Below, one piece after another: positions 39,593 to 49,301 of a DNA stretch of 52,124 bases. Location of the stretch: the NCBI GenBank assembly GCA_011389715.1, contig JAABTU010000112.1, forward strand, positions 1-52,124. Direction: 5' to 3'. Origin of the DNA: Desulfotignum sp. (GTDB taxonomy: Bacteria; Desulfobacterota; Desulfobacteria; Desulfobacterales; Desulfobacteraceae). The notes below the pieces were generated by a model. That model had not been told where the DNA came from. It saw only the letters and a program-made list of their open reading frames with translations, and did no database searches. A program made the position numbers and the translations under genes. Numbering within the stretch: the first letter of the stretch is position 1; each line of letters opens with the position of its first letter.

Positions 39593-42500
39593 GTACTCCT
39601 CGAGGATAATTTATGTACCACCCGGGCCGCCTCGCTCACGCCCCAGGCCTGGGCATCACAGCCCCTAGGTGTGTGGGGAAAATCTCCATCCAGAATTTCG
39701 GGGATATATCCGGCAGCACCGGTTCTCATCAGATGTTTACAGCTGCCCAGCCACGCCAGACAGGTGGCATGGCTGTCCGGACCGAATACTGCGGCCCAGG
39801 CTTCGCAGAATACAGGAAACTGCCAGGTCCAGGCAGTACCGTTATGGTAGGCTGGTTTTCTTTTTGTATCCTCATCCCCCTGGTACACCCCGGCATAGGG
39901 GTGGTGGGGATCATTGAGAGTTATACCGTCATGGACAACAGCCAGGGGGTGAGACACCTTTCTATCGGCAAGGCTTCTTATCCCGCCCGGCACCAGCAGT
40001 TCCAGGCAGGTTTCCACGGTTTTTTGTGCCAAGTCCCCGGGGCCTATGGCCCCCAGGGTAAGCAGCAGCAGCTGGTTGGGCCGCAGGGCATCATCAGGCA
40101 CTGCCCTGGATGCCGGGCCGTCTCCGTGCAGGCAGTCACTGAAATACCCGAGCGGTTCCTGCCAGAACAACGATGTTATGGCCTGCTTGACTGTATGTGC
40201 CTTTTTGTTCCATCCGGTGCCCGGGTCAATGGTTCCTAAAAAAACAAGGGCGTTGTACCACAGGGCCTGGATCTCCACAGGATATCCCTGGCGGGGGGAG
40301 CCGGCCGGAAAATTGGTGTCCATCCAGGTAAAATGGGCAGGGCTGTACAAAAGCTGTGTGTCATGATCAGCCCGCACGCCGGTGCGGGTGCCGGCAACAA
40401 GAGATTCCGCCATGGAAACCAGTACCTGTTTCAATGTGCGGCCGTCCAGATCCTGGTCCAGAAAGGATGGGTCCTGTGTTTTTTCCATCATGTCCCGGCA
40501 GCAGGCAAAAAACCACAGGGGCGCATCCGAGGTCTCAATATTGCCGGCATCTTCACCGCAGATCATGTTGGGAAGGGTGCCCTGGTCCTCGAATCGGCCG
40601 AACAGGTGCAGCACGGCCCGGGCATCAGATATCCGTCCCAGTTCAATCAGGCCTCTGCAGAAGATCAGGCTGTCCCGGCCCCAGTCCAGAAACCATGGGT
40701 ATCCGGCGATCACGCTCCTGTCCTGGCCCCGGTTCACCAGGAACGCGTCCAGCCCCTGGAAAAGGGCCAGGTCCAGAGCAAAGCTGTCACCAAATGCCGG
40801 AGCAGCTTCCGGTAATGGATCACGCATATCTGTGTGACGGGGCTGGTCCATGGCATCTCTCACCTCTGCCACAATACTTGCCGATTCCCCGCCCCGGCAG
40901 TCAAAGGTAAAATACCCCGGGCTGAACAGATCAGAGTCAGGATCAAGGCCCCGGTGGGCCTCCAGGGGCCGGTGCACCATGTACTGCCATTCCGGCTCAT
41001 GCACAAAAACACCGTCGGCCAGGTCCATGGAAAACAGATGGCCCGAGGAAAGGGCAAAATCAAACCCTTCACCACGCGGTTTCACCGCTGCAGGCCATGC
41101 CGTCTCAGGCCCGGTAAAGGCCTTGACTGTTTCATGAAAATCGCGGTCTTCAATATCCGGCCGGAAAATGAGTGTCACCGGTGCTGTATCTTCCAGAAAC
41201 CGGCCGGAGTTGTTTTTTGCCGGCAGCCGTCTGACGGACAGATGGATTCTGTTGGATGCTGAAGCCAGGGTCAGTGTCAGTTCCAGAACATAGTACTTGC
41301 CCTCTGAGGTGGGCACATGGAACCGCCACTGGCCGGCATTGTCAAAGGAAAAGACAAAGCTCTGGAGGCAGTCCTTTGCCAGTTTTCTGGAGTATCCCTG
41401 GAAAATGGCCCAGATCCTGCAGCGGGCCAGCACCATGCGCCGGTTTTCCGGCATGCCAGGATGCAGGTTTGCCCCCAGCAGGCCGTCATACCGGCTGTGA
41501 AGCTCTCCCCAGTCACCAGGCGCCCGCATCATGCCGCCGGTGCTTGTGGTACCCAGCAGGGTGAGCCCGGGATCTGCCGCAATGCTTCTTCTGGTAAAGG
41601 TGGTGCGCAGGCGCAGGGTGTCAAAAGGGGCCAGAAACATAACAGCGGCTTTTTCCTTCCGGGTTTCTCCGGCATAAAACAGCCGCAGGTGCAGATCACA
41701 TGCCTTGTGTTTCTTTTTTACAGCCATGGGTAAAAAAAGCGCAAAAAAACAGCCGTCTGCCAGGGGCAGTCCCTCCTCATATCCCAGAGAACGGGTACCG
41801 GCATCCGCAGTATCCAGGATTTCAGCCCGGAACCCCACAGGGCTTTTCACCAGCAGAAAATACCCGGGCGGCACCATGACCTGGCGCCTGAGGTCCTTTG
41901 TCACATCAAAGGGGATGACACAGCTTTCCTGTGACTTTGTGTTCAAAGACCGGATAAACTCCGCAGGATCAACTGACATGTTCCGGGTGGCCTGGTCCAG
42001 GTTCAGATCGCTGACATCTGCATACCCGTCCAGGGCGGTTTTCACAGCCAGGACCCTGGCCTTTATCTTCTGGGCCAGCACCTTTTCCGGCACCACTGCC
42101 GGCACCTGAATGTCCCGGGGAGCTGCCGGTGCCAGGGCTTCCAGGTCTGCGGGATCCGGGGACAGGGCCATCACCTCGCCGGGTGCCAGTCTGGTGCCGG
42201 CCATATTGCCGGTGCAGGTGGGCCTGATGCGGGTGCCGGTGAGCAGGTCTGTCCATTCATCACAAATAGTGCCCGCATCCTCCAGGTTCCAGGACACCAT
42301 GGTGGAAGCCTGGCAGTCCAGGTTCACCAGGACCAGCAGGTGCCGGTGTAAAGCCTGGTTATGCCGCAGCAGGGCCAGTGCCTGGGTGTCTTCTGCGTGA
42401 ATCAGGGTCAGGCGGGTGTCCTTGAAAAACGCCGGGTGGGTTTTCAATATCTGGTTAAGCCGGAAGATATGGTCCACCTGGTTGTCCTTTGCCCCCCAGT

Positions 42501-43911
42501 TGAGGCCCGGGGATTCATGCACATTGATTTTTTGTGTGGCAAACCATTCCACACCATTGGCAAAACCGAACCCCCCGCATACGGAAAACAAGGCGCACAG
42601 GGCGGTGCGCATTCTGGCATAGGTGGGTGAAATCGCGGCCAGGCGGTTGTTGTCATGGGTTTCGGCGAAATGGATCATGTGGCCGCAGGTTTCTGAAATC
42701 TGGGTGGCAAAGGGCAGATATTCCTGGATCTCCTCTCTGGTGTAGTGCTGGAACAGTTCAGAATAGGCCCAGTTGAAATCAGCCCGGCCCAGGATCTCCC
42801 TGGTGGTTGTCAGGTGCCCGCCTAAGCCCTCCAGAAGAAACAGGGTATCCGGGTATTCCTGCCTTACTTTGGCCACCATGTATTCCCATGCATCTGTGGG
42901 CACCATGTAGCCGGCATCGCATCGGAATCCGTCCACGCCCCGGTGGCACCAGAGCAGAAAGATGTCCGCCATATACTCCCACAGGTCGGTATGGGTATAA
43001 TCCAGCTTGGTCAGATCCGCCCAGACCACGCCCCAGGCCCCCGGGGCCTTGATTTTTCCATCTTCTCCCCTGACCAGCCATTCCGGATGGGACTGGTGAA
43101 TGGCTGCGGCCCAGCCGGTGTGGTTGATGGCAATATCTAAAAACAGGTATCCATTGTGAAAATGGACAGCATCCACCAGCTCCATGAACTGTTCCAAAGG
43201 TGTGGCAGCCGGATCAAACCGGGCAAGGGCAGGGTCCACATCTGTAAAATTCAGGGCGGCATAGGGGCTGCCGAACCGGCCCATGCGGGCATAGGTGGTG
43301 GGGGTGGGATGAATGGGCAGAAGGTGCAAAGCACGGCATCCCAGGGTTGAAAAGATAAAACCCACCTGCTCCTTGAGATCCCGGAATTTTCCTGACTCCG
43401 GGATCACGGTGAATCCTCTGGCATCCAGGGTCTGGACCAACGGGGAAAGGGACCGGTCCTCCCCGGACCTGGCACTGGATCTGGACGGACCGAACTGCCG
43501 GACAAAAGCATTGTAAATAATATTGGCGCAGCAGGTGCCGGCCGGCTCCACATTGAGGATGCAATTGTCTCCTTCCGGCCACACAGGAACGCTCTGGTTT
43601 TCCGGGATAAAAAAGCATTTGGCCTGGAAGTAGCCGGTCTGGTGAAGGGGCAGAAGGATCTGAAATTCTGTGGCGTTTTTTTTCTTCATCTGGATATCAT
43701 ACCAGGCCTCATCCAGCTTGATCTCATTTTTTTCCACCCGGTCGATAATCTCCTGGCGGGCGATGGCTGCCGTACCCAGATTGGTGCGGACCCAGGCATT
43801 ACCGGCCGCTTTTTTGTCCAGGGTCAGAGTAAACAACAGACAGTCCCCGCAGAACAACACCCTGGATGTGCCTGGTGCGGGTGACTGAAAAACCTTTGGC
43901 AGCATGTTCAT
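39589..43911 (-). CDS. Bifunctional-type glycogen debranching enzyme (GH13 domain + amylo-alpha-1,6-glucosidase domain)
   Basis: GH13 regions DIAINH, GFRCDAG, LLEG, ETHDN; C-terminal IAGYPWF.DWGRD, TWMDT, LRPNQ, YHNGTAW, QAWG. Confidence 0.88.
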   Translation of the reverse strand: MNMLPKVFQSPAPGTSRVLFCGDCLLFTLTLDKKAAGNAWVRTNLGTAAIARQEIIDRVEKNEIKLDEAWYDIQMKKKNATEFQILLPLHQTGYFQAKCFFIPENQSVPVWPEGDNCILNVEPAGTCCANIIYNAFVRQFGPSRSSARSGEDRSLSPLVQTLDARGFTVIPESGKFRDLKEQVGFIFSTLGCRALHLLPIHPTPTTYARMGRFGSPYAALNFTDVDPALARFDPAATPLEQFMELVDAVHFHNGYLFLDIAINHTGWAAAIHQSHPEWLVRGEDGKIKAPGAWGVVWADLTKLDYTHTDLWEYMADIFLLWCHRGVDGFRCDAGYMVPTDAWEYMVAKVRQEYPDTLFLLEGLGGHLTTTREILGRADFNWAYSELFQHYTREEIQEYLPFATQISETCGHMIHFAETHDNNRLAAISPTYARMRTALCALFSVCGGFGFANGVEWFATQKINVHESPGLNWGAKDNQVDHIFRLNQILKTHPAFFKDTRLTLIHAEDTQALALLRHNQALHRHLLVLVNLDCQASTMVSWNLEDAGTICDEWTDLLTGTRIRPTCTGNMAGTRLAPGEVMALSPDPADLEALAPAAPRDIQVPAVVPEKVLAQKIKARVLAVKTALDGYADVSDLNLDQATRNMSVDPAEFIRSLNTKSQESCVIPFDVTKDLRRQVMVPPGYFLLVKSPVGFRAEILDTADAGTRSLGYEEGLPLADGCFFALFLPMAVKKKHKACDLHLRLFYAGETRKEKAAVMFLAPFDTLRLRTTFTRRSIAADPGLTLLGTTSTGGMMRAPGDWGELHSRYDGLLGANLHPGMPENRRMVLARCRIWAIFQGYSRKLAKDCLQSFVFSFDNAGQWRFHVPTSEGKYYVLELTLTLASASNRIHLSVRRLPAKNNSGRFLEDTAPVTLIFRPDIEDRDFHETVKAFTGPETAWPAAVKPRGEGFDFALSSGHLFSMDLADGVFVHEPEWQYMVHRPLEAHRGLDPDSDLFSPGYFTFDCRGGESASIVAEVRDAMDQPRHTDMRDPLPEAAPAFGDSFALDLALFQGLDAFLVNRGQDRSVIAGYPWFLDWGRDSLIFCRGLIELGRISDARAVLHLFGRFEDQGTLPNMICGEDAGNIETSDAPLWFFACCRDMMEKTQDPSFLDQDLDGRTLKQVLVSMAESLVAGTRTGVRADHDTQLLYSPAHFTWMDTNFPAGSPRQGYPVEIQALWYNALVFLGTIDPGTGWNKKAHTVKQAITSLFWQEPLGYFSDCLHGDGPASRAVPDDALRPNQLLLLTLGAIGPGDLAQKTVETCLELLVPGGIRSLADRKVSHPLAVVHDGITLNDPHHPYAGVYQGDEDTKRKPAYHNGTAWTWQFPVFCEAWAAVFGPDSHATCLAWLGSCKHLMRTGAAGYIPEILDGDFPHTPRGCDAQAWGVSEAARVVHKLSSRST

Positions 43912-43931
43912 ATATTCCCTTGGATCCCTTT

Positions 43932-43988
43932 GGGGTCAGAAGTTAACTTTTTTACCTAATAACGGGGCCAGAAGTTAACTTCTGACCC
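43932..43988. repeat. Nested direct/inverted repeat upstream of the glycogen operon
   Basis: GGGGTCAGAAGTTAACTT...GGGGCCAGAAGTTAACTTCTGACCC; 17-bp perfect IR between 43933-43949 and 43972-43988. Confidence 0.75.
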
Positions 43989-44039
43989 TGTCACTTTTTG
44001 TAATTATATCACAACACCGCCAGGATTACCGAAACAATT

Positions 44040-44519
44040 TTATATATCATTCATGATTTTTCTGGCAATGGGCAGGCACGGGTAAAACCCGTTGAGGCAG
44101 ACCCGGTTGGCCGGACGATGGCGGGAGATGGTAAAGTGAAAATCGATGAGCCTGGAATAAAAATCGGCAAACACCTTTTCTTCGGTTTCAAGAGATATCC
44201 GGCAATGATCTGCCAGGCCGAACACACCGGCACTGTGGTGCACCATCAAAAAAAAACAGGCAGCTGACAGAAACCTGGGCTGAAATTGACAAAACAGCTG
44301 GGGATAAAATTTGGATATGTAAATCCCTTTGGAAAACCGGTCATGGGAAAGAACCAGGTTAAGGGAAACAAGATCGCAGGTTTTAACATCCCGCAAAAAA
44401 TATTCCATGCAGGTATCTTCCCTGGTAAAGGTCAGAAAATACCTTTTCAGCAGCCGCTTGACCTGTATGTCCATGAAAGGGGTCAAAACAGGGGCCGGCA
44501 TGGGACAAGATATCATCAC
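44040..44519 (-). CDS. Hypothetical protein
   Basis: ORF overlapping the YkgJ-like gene stop (ATGA) with GGAGG upstream. Confidence 0.6.
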   Translation of the reverse strand: MMISCPMPAPVLTPFMDIQVKRLLKRYFLTFTREDTCMEYFLRDVKTCDLVSLNLVLSHDRFSKGIYISKFYPQLFCQFQPRFLSAACFFLMVHHSAGVFGLADHCRISLETEEKVFADFYSRLIDFHFTISRHRPANRVCLNGFYPCLPIARKIMNDI

Positions 44520-45262
44520 ATCCCTCCTTTTTCTCCTTTTTTTTCAGTATCTTCCAGGCTTTCGCCTCCGGATCTGCCGAACACGGTGCAGCCCCCTGTC
44601 CAGGCGGAAGGCGCATCTTTCATTCCCAGGCAGCGGTCCATGGCAGACACCAGTTCAAACCGCCCGGTTTCCAGATGCATGGTTTCGCACACCGACTGGA
44701 CAACGTCCCGGGCCAGGGTATACACATAATTGGGTGCAGACAGACAGGGGATCTCTGCGTTTTGATTGCCGGAAATAAAAGCGGTTTCACAGTCCTGCCG
44801 GCTCAGTGAATTCCAGGTTCTGCATATAAAGGGCCGCTGGCCATAAATGGAACAGGCATGGTGATCCAGAAACACACAGGGAGTCTTGTCCTTGACCGCC
44901 ACCCGCTGGACCAGGGAGCGGCCCCGGGTATATGTGAGGTTGGAACGGATACGGGTTTTCAGGCTTTGCATTTCCCCCGGGCTGAAATATTTGTGCACGT
45001 AAGAACAGATCACAATTGCTTCCAGGGGCATCACATGGATGCGGGAATGGCAGCAGAAACTGCATCCGCTGGCACATTCGGGTACCGGCGATTGGCATGT
45101 TCCGGCTACGGAATCCAGCACCTGGGTTGCTGCAGCCATAACCTGCCGGATAATAGAAAACAGGGCATAAGATGGATCTGAGGTTTGTGTTTGTGCCGCA
45201 TCGGCGATCTGAAAAAAATAGGTGGACAGGGCATCCGGGCCAGCCTGGGTCTGATCCTGCAT
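44516..45262 (-). CDS. YkgJ-family cysteine-cluster protein
   Basis: C.SGCSFCC, CVFL....CSIY..RPFICR. Confidence 0.88.
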   Translation of the reverse strand: MQDQTQAGPDALSTYFFQIADAAQTQTSDPSYALFSIIRQVMAAATQVLDSVAGTCQSPVPECASGCSFCCHSRIHVMPLEAIVICSYVHKYFSPGEMQSLKTRIRSNLTYTRGRSLVQRVAVKDKTPCVFLDHHACSIYGQRPFICRTWNSLSRQDCETAFISGNQNAEIPCLSAPNYVYTLARDVVQSVCETMHLETGRFELVSAMDRCLGMKDAPSAWTGGCTVFGRSGGESLEDTEKKGEKGGM

Positions 45263-45545
45263 CTTGTCTCCTTGATGTGTAAGACAGGCAGCGATCTGCT
45301 GAATCGGCCAGAGGGATGTCTGGAGCTTACAGGTTATTAGTGCCTTACTCCTCAGTTCCTATCAAAAAAAACAAGAAAATGAAGAGAGGCATTGGGGTTG
45401 CGGGTTTCCCGCGTTAGTGTCTGTCAATTTACCTTATTCAGGATCTTTGGTCAAGGAAACAGATTGTGGATGAAGGACCACAGCCAGGATGATGGGCTCT
45501 CTTTGCAAAGAAGAATCTTTTCAGCGCCTGACTGTTTCACCGGGT

Positions 45546-45586
45546 ATCGTCATTTCCCAGCTGAAAGGCGGGTGGGAAATGACGAT
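45546..45586 (-). terminator. 14-bp inverted repeat downstream of the DUF3373 gene
   Basis: ATCGTCATTTCCCA-13nt-TGGGAAATGACGAT; no clear U-tract. Confidence 0.45.
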
Positions 45587-45607
45587 GCCGGCATGATACA
45601 AAAAAAA

Positions 45608-47305
45608 TCAGAATCTAATGGTGGCTGATATATATCCATCCCATACCTTGTCTGCCACAGGGAAAAAAGCATTCAAGGCATTCAGCTCTGATATTTTTTC
45701 AGGCTCCCCCAGGGGATTGCCACTGCCGGTGTATTTGTAATCATAGTATCTGGATCCCACTTTAACAAAAAAGTTTTCACCAAAAATCGGCTGAATATAG
45801 TATCCTTCATAGACACTCCCCCTGGTGGCCAGCTTGCTTCCCACAAGAGAATCTTCTGCCCCGGTAAAATTGAACCAGTATTCGGATCCCCAATTGTATT
45901 CAAGACCCAGTCGCCCGTCAAAGGGCATGGGAAATACGACGCCTGCATAAAGGCTGTATCCGTCATGGCTCTCAAGATTGCCATTGGAACTGAGCAGCCC
46001 CTGGCCCATTATTTCGTAAAATGGGTTGGCAGACACCCTTGACGGTGACGTATGGCTCCAGGACAGGGCCAGAAATAGATCAATATCTTTTTCAAAGGTT
46101 TCATACAGATTCTTTCTTACCAGCAGGGATGCAGCATCCCAGTCTCCGATGTCCGAGGTGGGCTGCATTCGGCTGATATAACCACCATAGTTTTGTTCAA
46201 ATGTATACAGGCCGGTTGATGGATCTTTGGCAGCAATAAACGGCATCACTGTCAGGCCTGTGAACCCGTCGGTGATATCCCATGCATGGGCATAATTTAA
46301 CACGGCACTGGTGCTGTCGTCATCAAACAGGGTGGCTATAAAGCCAAACATATGCACATCGTCAACATCTGCCTGGCTTTCCTGCAGGGAATAGGAATTG
46401 CCCCAGTCCCCTTCGAATCCCACCCCGTAACAGAACTTCAATGCTGCCCCGTATATGCCTGTGACCTCTTCAAGACCAAAATTAAGGGAGGCACCGTCAA
46501 ACTGCCAGTTGATGATGGTACCCAGTGGCGAACCAGCTTCAAGGCTATAGTTGGCATATTCCAGGGGCGGTCCATACGTGGAGGGCCGCCGCCCTAAAGA
46601 GAAACTGACCGGTATGTTTTTCAGATAATTGCTGTAGACAAAGTAAGCCCGTTCCAGGCGGATGGTGTCGCCATGGGGCAGGGAGGATGTGTTGCCGTCC
46701 ATGGTGACATCCCCAAGATTTCCCTGATTGAATTTAACCCCTGATGAATCTCCAAAAACCTTGTATGCAGCCAGCCTGCCGGAAAAATTCAAATGCTGGT
46801 TCACTTTGGCATGCATGTTCAGATAAAATTTATTGGTCAGGATAACATCATTGTCTGCATCAAATTCATCAGTCGGGGGAATCATGCCTGCAATGGACAT
46901 ATTCTGAATGCGCTGCTGAATCTGAGCCAATGTGGCGTTGTTAAATCCGCCAGAAGCATACGGGGTAAAGAACCCGTTTACAAGGGCTGCCGGGGCTGCC
47001 TGCATGTCGTCATAATGCAGGGTATCGGCCCGGGAGCGCAGCTCAATGCCAAGAGAGATCCTGTCGGTGGCGGTATGAAGTTCCGCTTTGTCCAGTCGGT
47101 CACTGAGGTATTCAATCTCTTCGGTTTCTTCAACTTTCTCTTTTTCAAGTTCGTTTATCTTTTCCTCCAGCTTTTTCATGTTCTCATTCATGATCTCCAG
47201 TTGTTCTTTCAGCATCTTTACATCATCAGCTGCAAAAACATTGGAGACTGAAAACACCGCCATGAAGAAAAATGCAAATAGAACCGCCAATCCTTTTTTC
47301 ATCAC
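45608..47305 (-). CDS. DUF3373-family outer-membrane beta-barrel protein
   Basis: Signal peptide, coiled coil, LERAYF, SLGRRPST.GPP, GLEYNWGS, KLATRG, C-terminal Phe. Confidence 0.8.
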   Translation of the reverse strand: MMKKGLAVLFAFFFMAVFSVSNVFAADDVKMLKEQLEIMNENMKKLEEKINELEKEKVEETEEIEYLSDRLDKAELHTATDRISLGIELRSRADTLHYDDMQAAPAALVNGFFTPYASGGFNNATLAQIQQRIQNMSIAGMIPPTDEFDADNDVILTNKFYLNMHAKVNQHLNFSGRLAAYKVFGDSSGVKFNQGNLGDVTMDGNTSSLPHGDTIRLERAYFVYSNYLKNIPVSFSLGRRPSTYGPPLEYANYSLEAGSPLGTIINWQFDGASLNFGLEEVTGIYGAALKFCYGVGFEGDWGNSYSLQESQADVDDVHMFGFIATLFDDDSTSAVLNYAHAWDITDGFTGLTVMPFIAAKDPSTGLYTFEQNYGGYISRMQPTSDIGDWDAASLLVRKNLYETFEKDIDLFLALSWSHTSPSRVSANPFYEIMGQGLLSSNGNLESHDGYSLYAGVVFPMPFDGRLGLEYNWGSEYWFNFTGAEDSLVGSKLATRGSVYEGYYIQPIFGENFFVKVGSRYYDYKYTGSGNPLGEPEKISELNALNAFFPVADKVWDGYISATIRF

Positions 47306-47326
47306 CTATCTCCTTATTTCAGTGTT

Positions 47327-47674
47327 TTATTTGCATTTGGCCGGTGAGGGGGAATCTGCCGCATGTTTGTACAAATAGGCATATATGTCTGCTATATCTT
47401 CATCAGACAATTGTGACCACTCCTGGCTGCACTTGAATTCCTCAAAATCCTGTTTTTCAAACATGCGTTTCCACTGGGCCATTGTTTTGCTGCTGGGACT
47501 TAAATGCGGTATTGTCGCCTCGACTTCACCTCTCTGGGCACAGGATTTATACACCTTTTTATAGGTATACTTGCCTTTTCTGTCGTTTCCATTGGGCTCA
47601 TTAGCGACACCAATACCGGTTGTCATGACAATGAAGAACATTGTCAGCACACAAAAAAACATTTTACGCATCAT
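47327..47674 (-). CDS. Periplasmic cytochrome-c-like protein lacking CxxCH
   Basis: Signal peptide, GN.RKGKY, LSP..KT.AQW, DIYAYLY.HAADSPSPAKC; heme motif position reads YKSCA. Confidence 0.7.
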   Translation of the reverse strand: MMRKMFFCVLTMFFIVMTTGIGVANEPNGNDRKGKYTYKKVYKSCAQRGEVEATIPHLSPSSKTMAQWKRMFEKQDFEEFKCSQEWSQLSDEDIADIYAYLYKHAADSPSPAKCK

Positions 47675-47728
47675 GGTCTTTTCCTCCTTTACCTGTTTTG
47701 GTTTAAAATATACCTCAAGTGATATGAA

Positions 47729-47744
47729 TGCAATCTTCATGCCA
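47729..47744 (-). promoter_or_regulatory. Sigma54 -24/-12 promoter
   Basis: Minus strand TGGCAT-GAAGA-TTGCA, ~55 nt upstream of ATG 47674. Confidence 0.7.
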
Positions 47745-48040
47745 TCTTTTACACTTTCCTGCCGCTGTCTGTCCCTCAGGCATAACCGGCATTGGGGAGA
47801 TGTTCCCTGTATATGTTAACTGGTTAACTTAACTTAACACATACCCTTAACAGATTAACAGTATTTGATGTTCTGTGTTCTGATGTTCAGTATAGGTAAA
47901 TGGAGGTATAGGTACCGCGGCAGCGAAAAAACATATGATCGGGTTGATTTTTTGTACTCATGGTTCAACGGGTTGCATGGACCATCCATGCAGCCCGTTT
48001 TTTTATATCCATGGGTGTGTGAATTGTCTGCTAAAACCTG

Positions 48041-48883
48041 TCATCCGTGGGAGATTTCTTTTGTTTTTGCCGTGGGGACAGATGGATCTGCGATCTCTTT
48101 TTCATGGGGCGCCATAGCTTCAATGGCACGGTTCGGATTTGCCTCCACCTCATGCAGGATATTGACGACCCTGGCCTGCTGCAGCCAGTGTATTTTCCCG
48201 GTACCCACATCATAAATGGCACCGACAACTTTTACCGCGCCGTTTTTAACCAGATCCCTTGTGGCTGGACTTTTCATGAACAGATCCCGGATGCTGATCC
48301 ATACGTTCTCTTCGATTGCCAGGGGAATTATTTCTTCCTCCTGAGCATGGGGGTAAATTTCGATCGCCCGATGAACCGCAGGTTCAATATTATCAACAAG
48401 CGGGGGGATATTCCTTTCCAGTGCGTGGCCTTTTCCCTGAACCGCGTGGGTGACTGCCGTGACAGCACCGCACTGGGTATGACCCAGAACCACCATAACC
48501 GGCGTTTTAACATGGGCCAGACCATATTCAATAGATCCCGCTTCATCTGTATCGCAGACATTTCCAGCCACCCGGATCACGAAAATATCCATGACACCGG
48601 CATCAAAAATGGTTTCCACCGGCACCCGCGAATCAGAACAGGTAATAACCGTTGCATAGGCATGGTCAGCCTGGCTTTCTTTTCCTGCCTGGATAAGGCG
48701 GTTTTTATCCATGTTCGGATGTTTGGATTTTCCACTGAAGAATCGGTCATTTCCTTCCTGAAGCATTTTCAAGGCCTTGTCAGAACCAGGTTTTTCATCT
48801 TTTGGGGTATCGGAACACCCGGACAGACACACAAGCCCGGTCATGATAATGGCTGCCAACATATACATTGAGACTTTTTTCAT
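48041..48883 (-). CDS. Beta-class carbonic anhydrase, lipoprotein
   Basis: L.EGN.RF, TCSDSRV, DIFVIRVAGN, SIEY, LGHTQCGAV; lipobox LSGC. Confidence 0.92.
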   Translation of the reverse strand: MKKVSMYMLAAIIMTGLVCLSGCSDTPKDEKPGSDKALKMLQEGNDRFFSGKSKHPNMDKNRLIQAGKESQADHAYATVITCSDSRVPVETIFDAGVMDIFVIRVAGNVCDTDEAGSIEYGLAHVKTPVMVVLGHTQCGAVTAVTHAVQGKGHALERNIPPLVDNIEPAVHRAIEIYPHAQEEEIIPLAIEENVWISIRDLFMKSPATRDLVKNGAVKVVGAIYDVGTGKIHWLQQARVVNILHEVEANPNRAIEAMAPHEKEIADPSVPTAKTKEISHG

Positions 48884-49053
48884 ACTGCTTTTTCCTTTCG
48901 CTGATATTTTTTTTAAGCAGGAGTGCACCTGTGACACCCTGTCAACCGGAGGCATATTTTACACAGTTTTGTATTTCCCGTCAATGTTTATCAATACCCT
49001 GTAAAAGACAGATGGTGCTTACTTCCCGGAAAATACCAGGTCGAGCTGGTAAC

Positions 49054-49169
49054 ATTTTGGGCAAATCCCTTTTTTTACATCCGGATGGTATTCAATCCCA
49101 TACTTCGTCATGAGACAGGGCTTTTTCTGGATCAAAAGTGTGTTCTCTCAGATCTTCGATTTTGGCCAG
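49054..49169 (-). pseudogene. Remnant of a RelBE/ParDE-type toxin-antitoxin junction
   Basis: LAKIEDLREHTFDPEKALSHDEVWD* (antitoxin-like tail) overlapping MTKYGIEYHPDVKK/RDLPK (RelE-like N-terminus, frameshift in A-run). Confidence 0.6.
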
Positions 49170-49301
49170 TCACTCAGGACGTTCTGTGTGCCAATTCTGC
49201 CTGGCTGTTTATTTCAAATGGTCACAATTCACTATAGAAGTTGACATTTACCTGAATGGTATATACTGTTTGATATAAACTTAAGTTGCGGGAGGGCAAC
49301 T

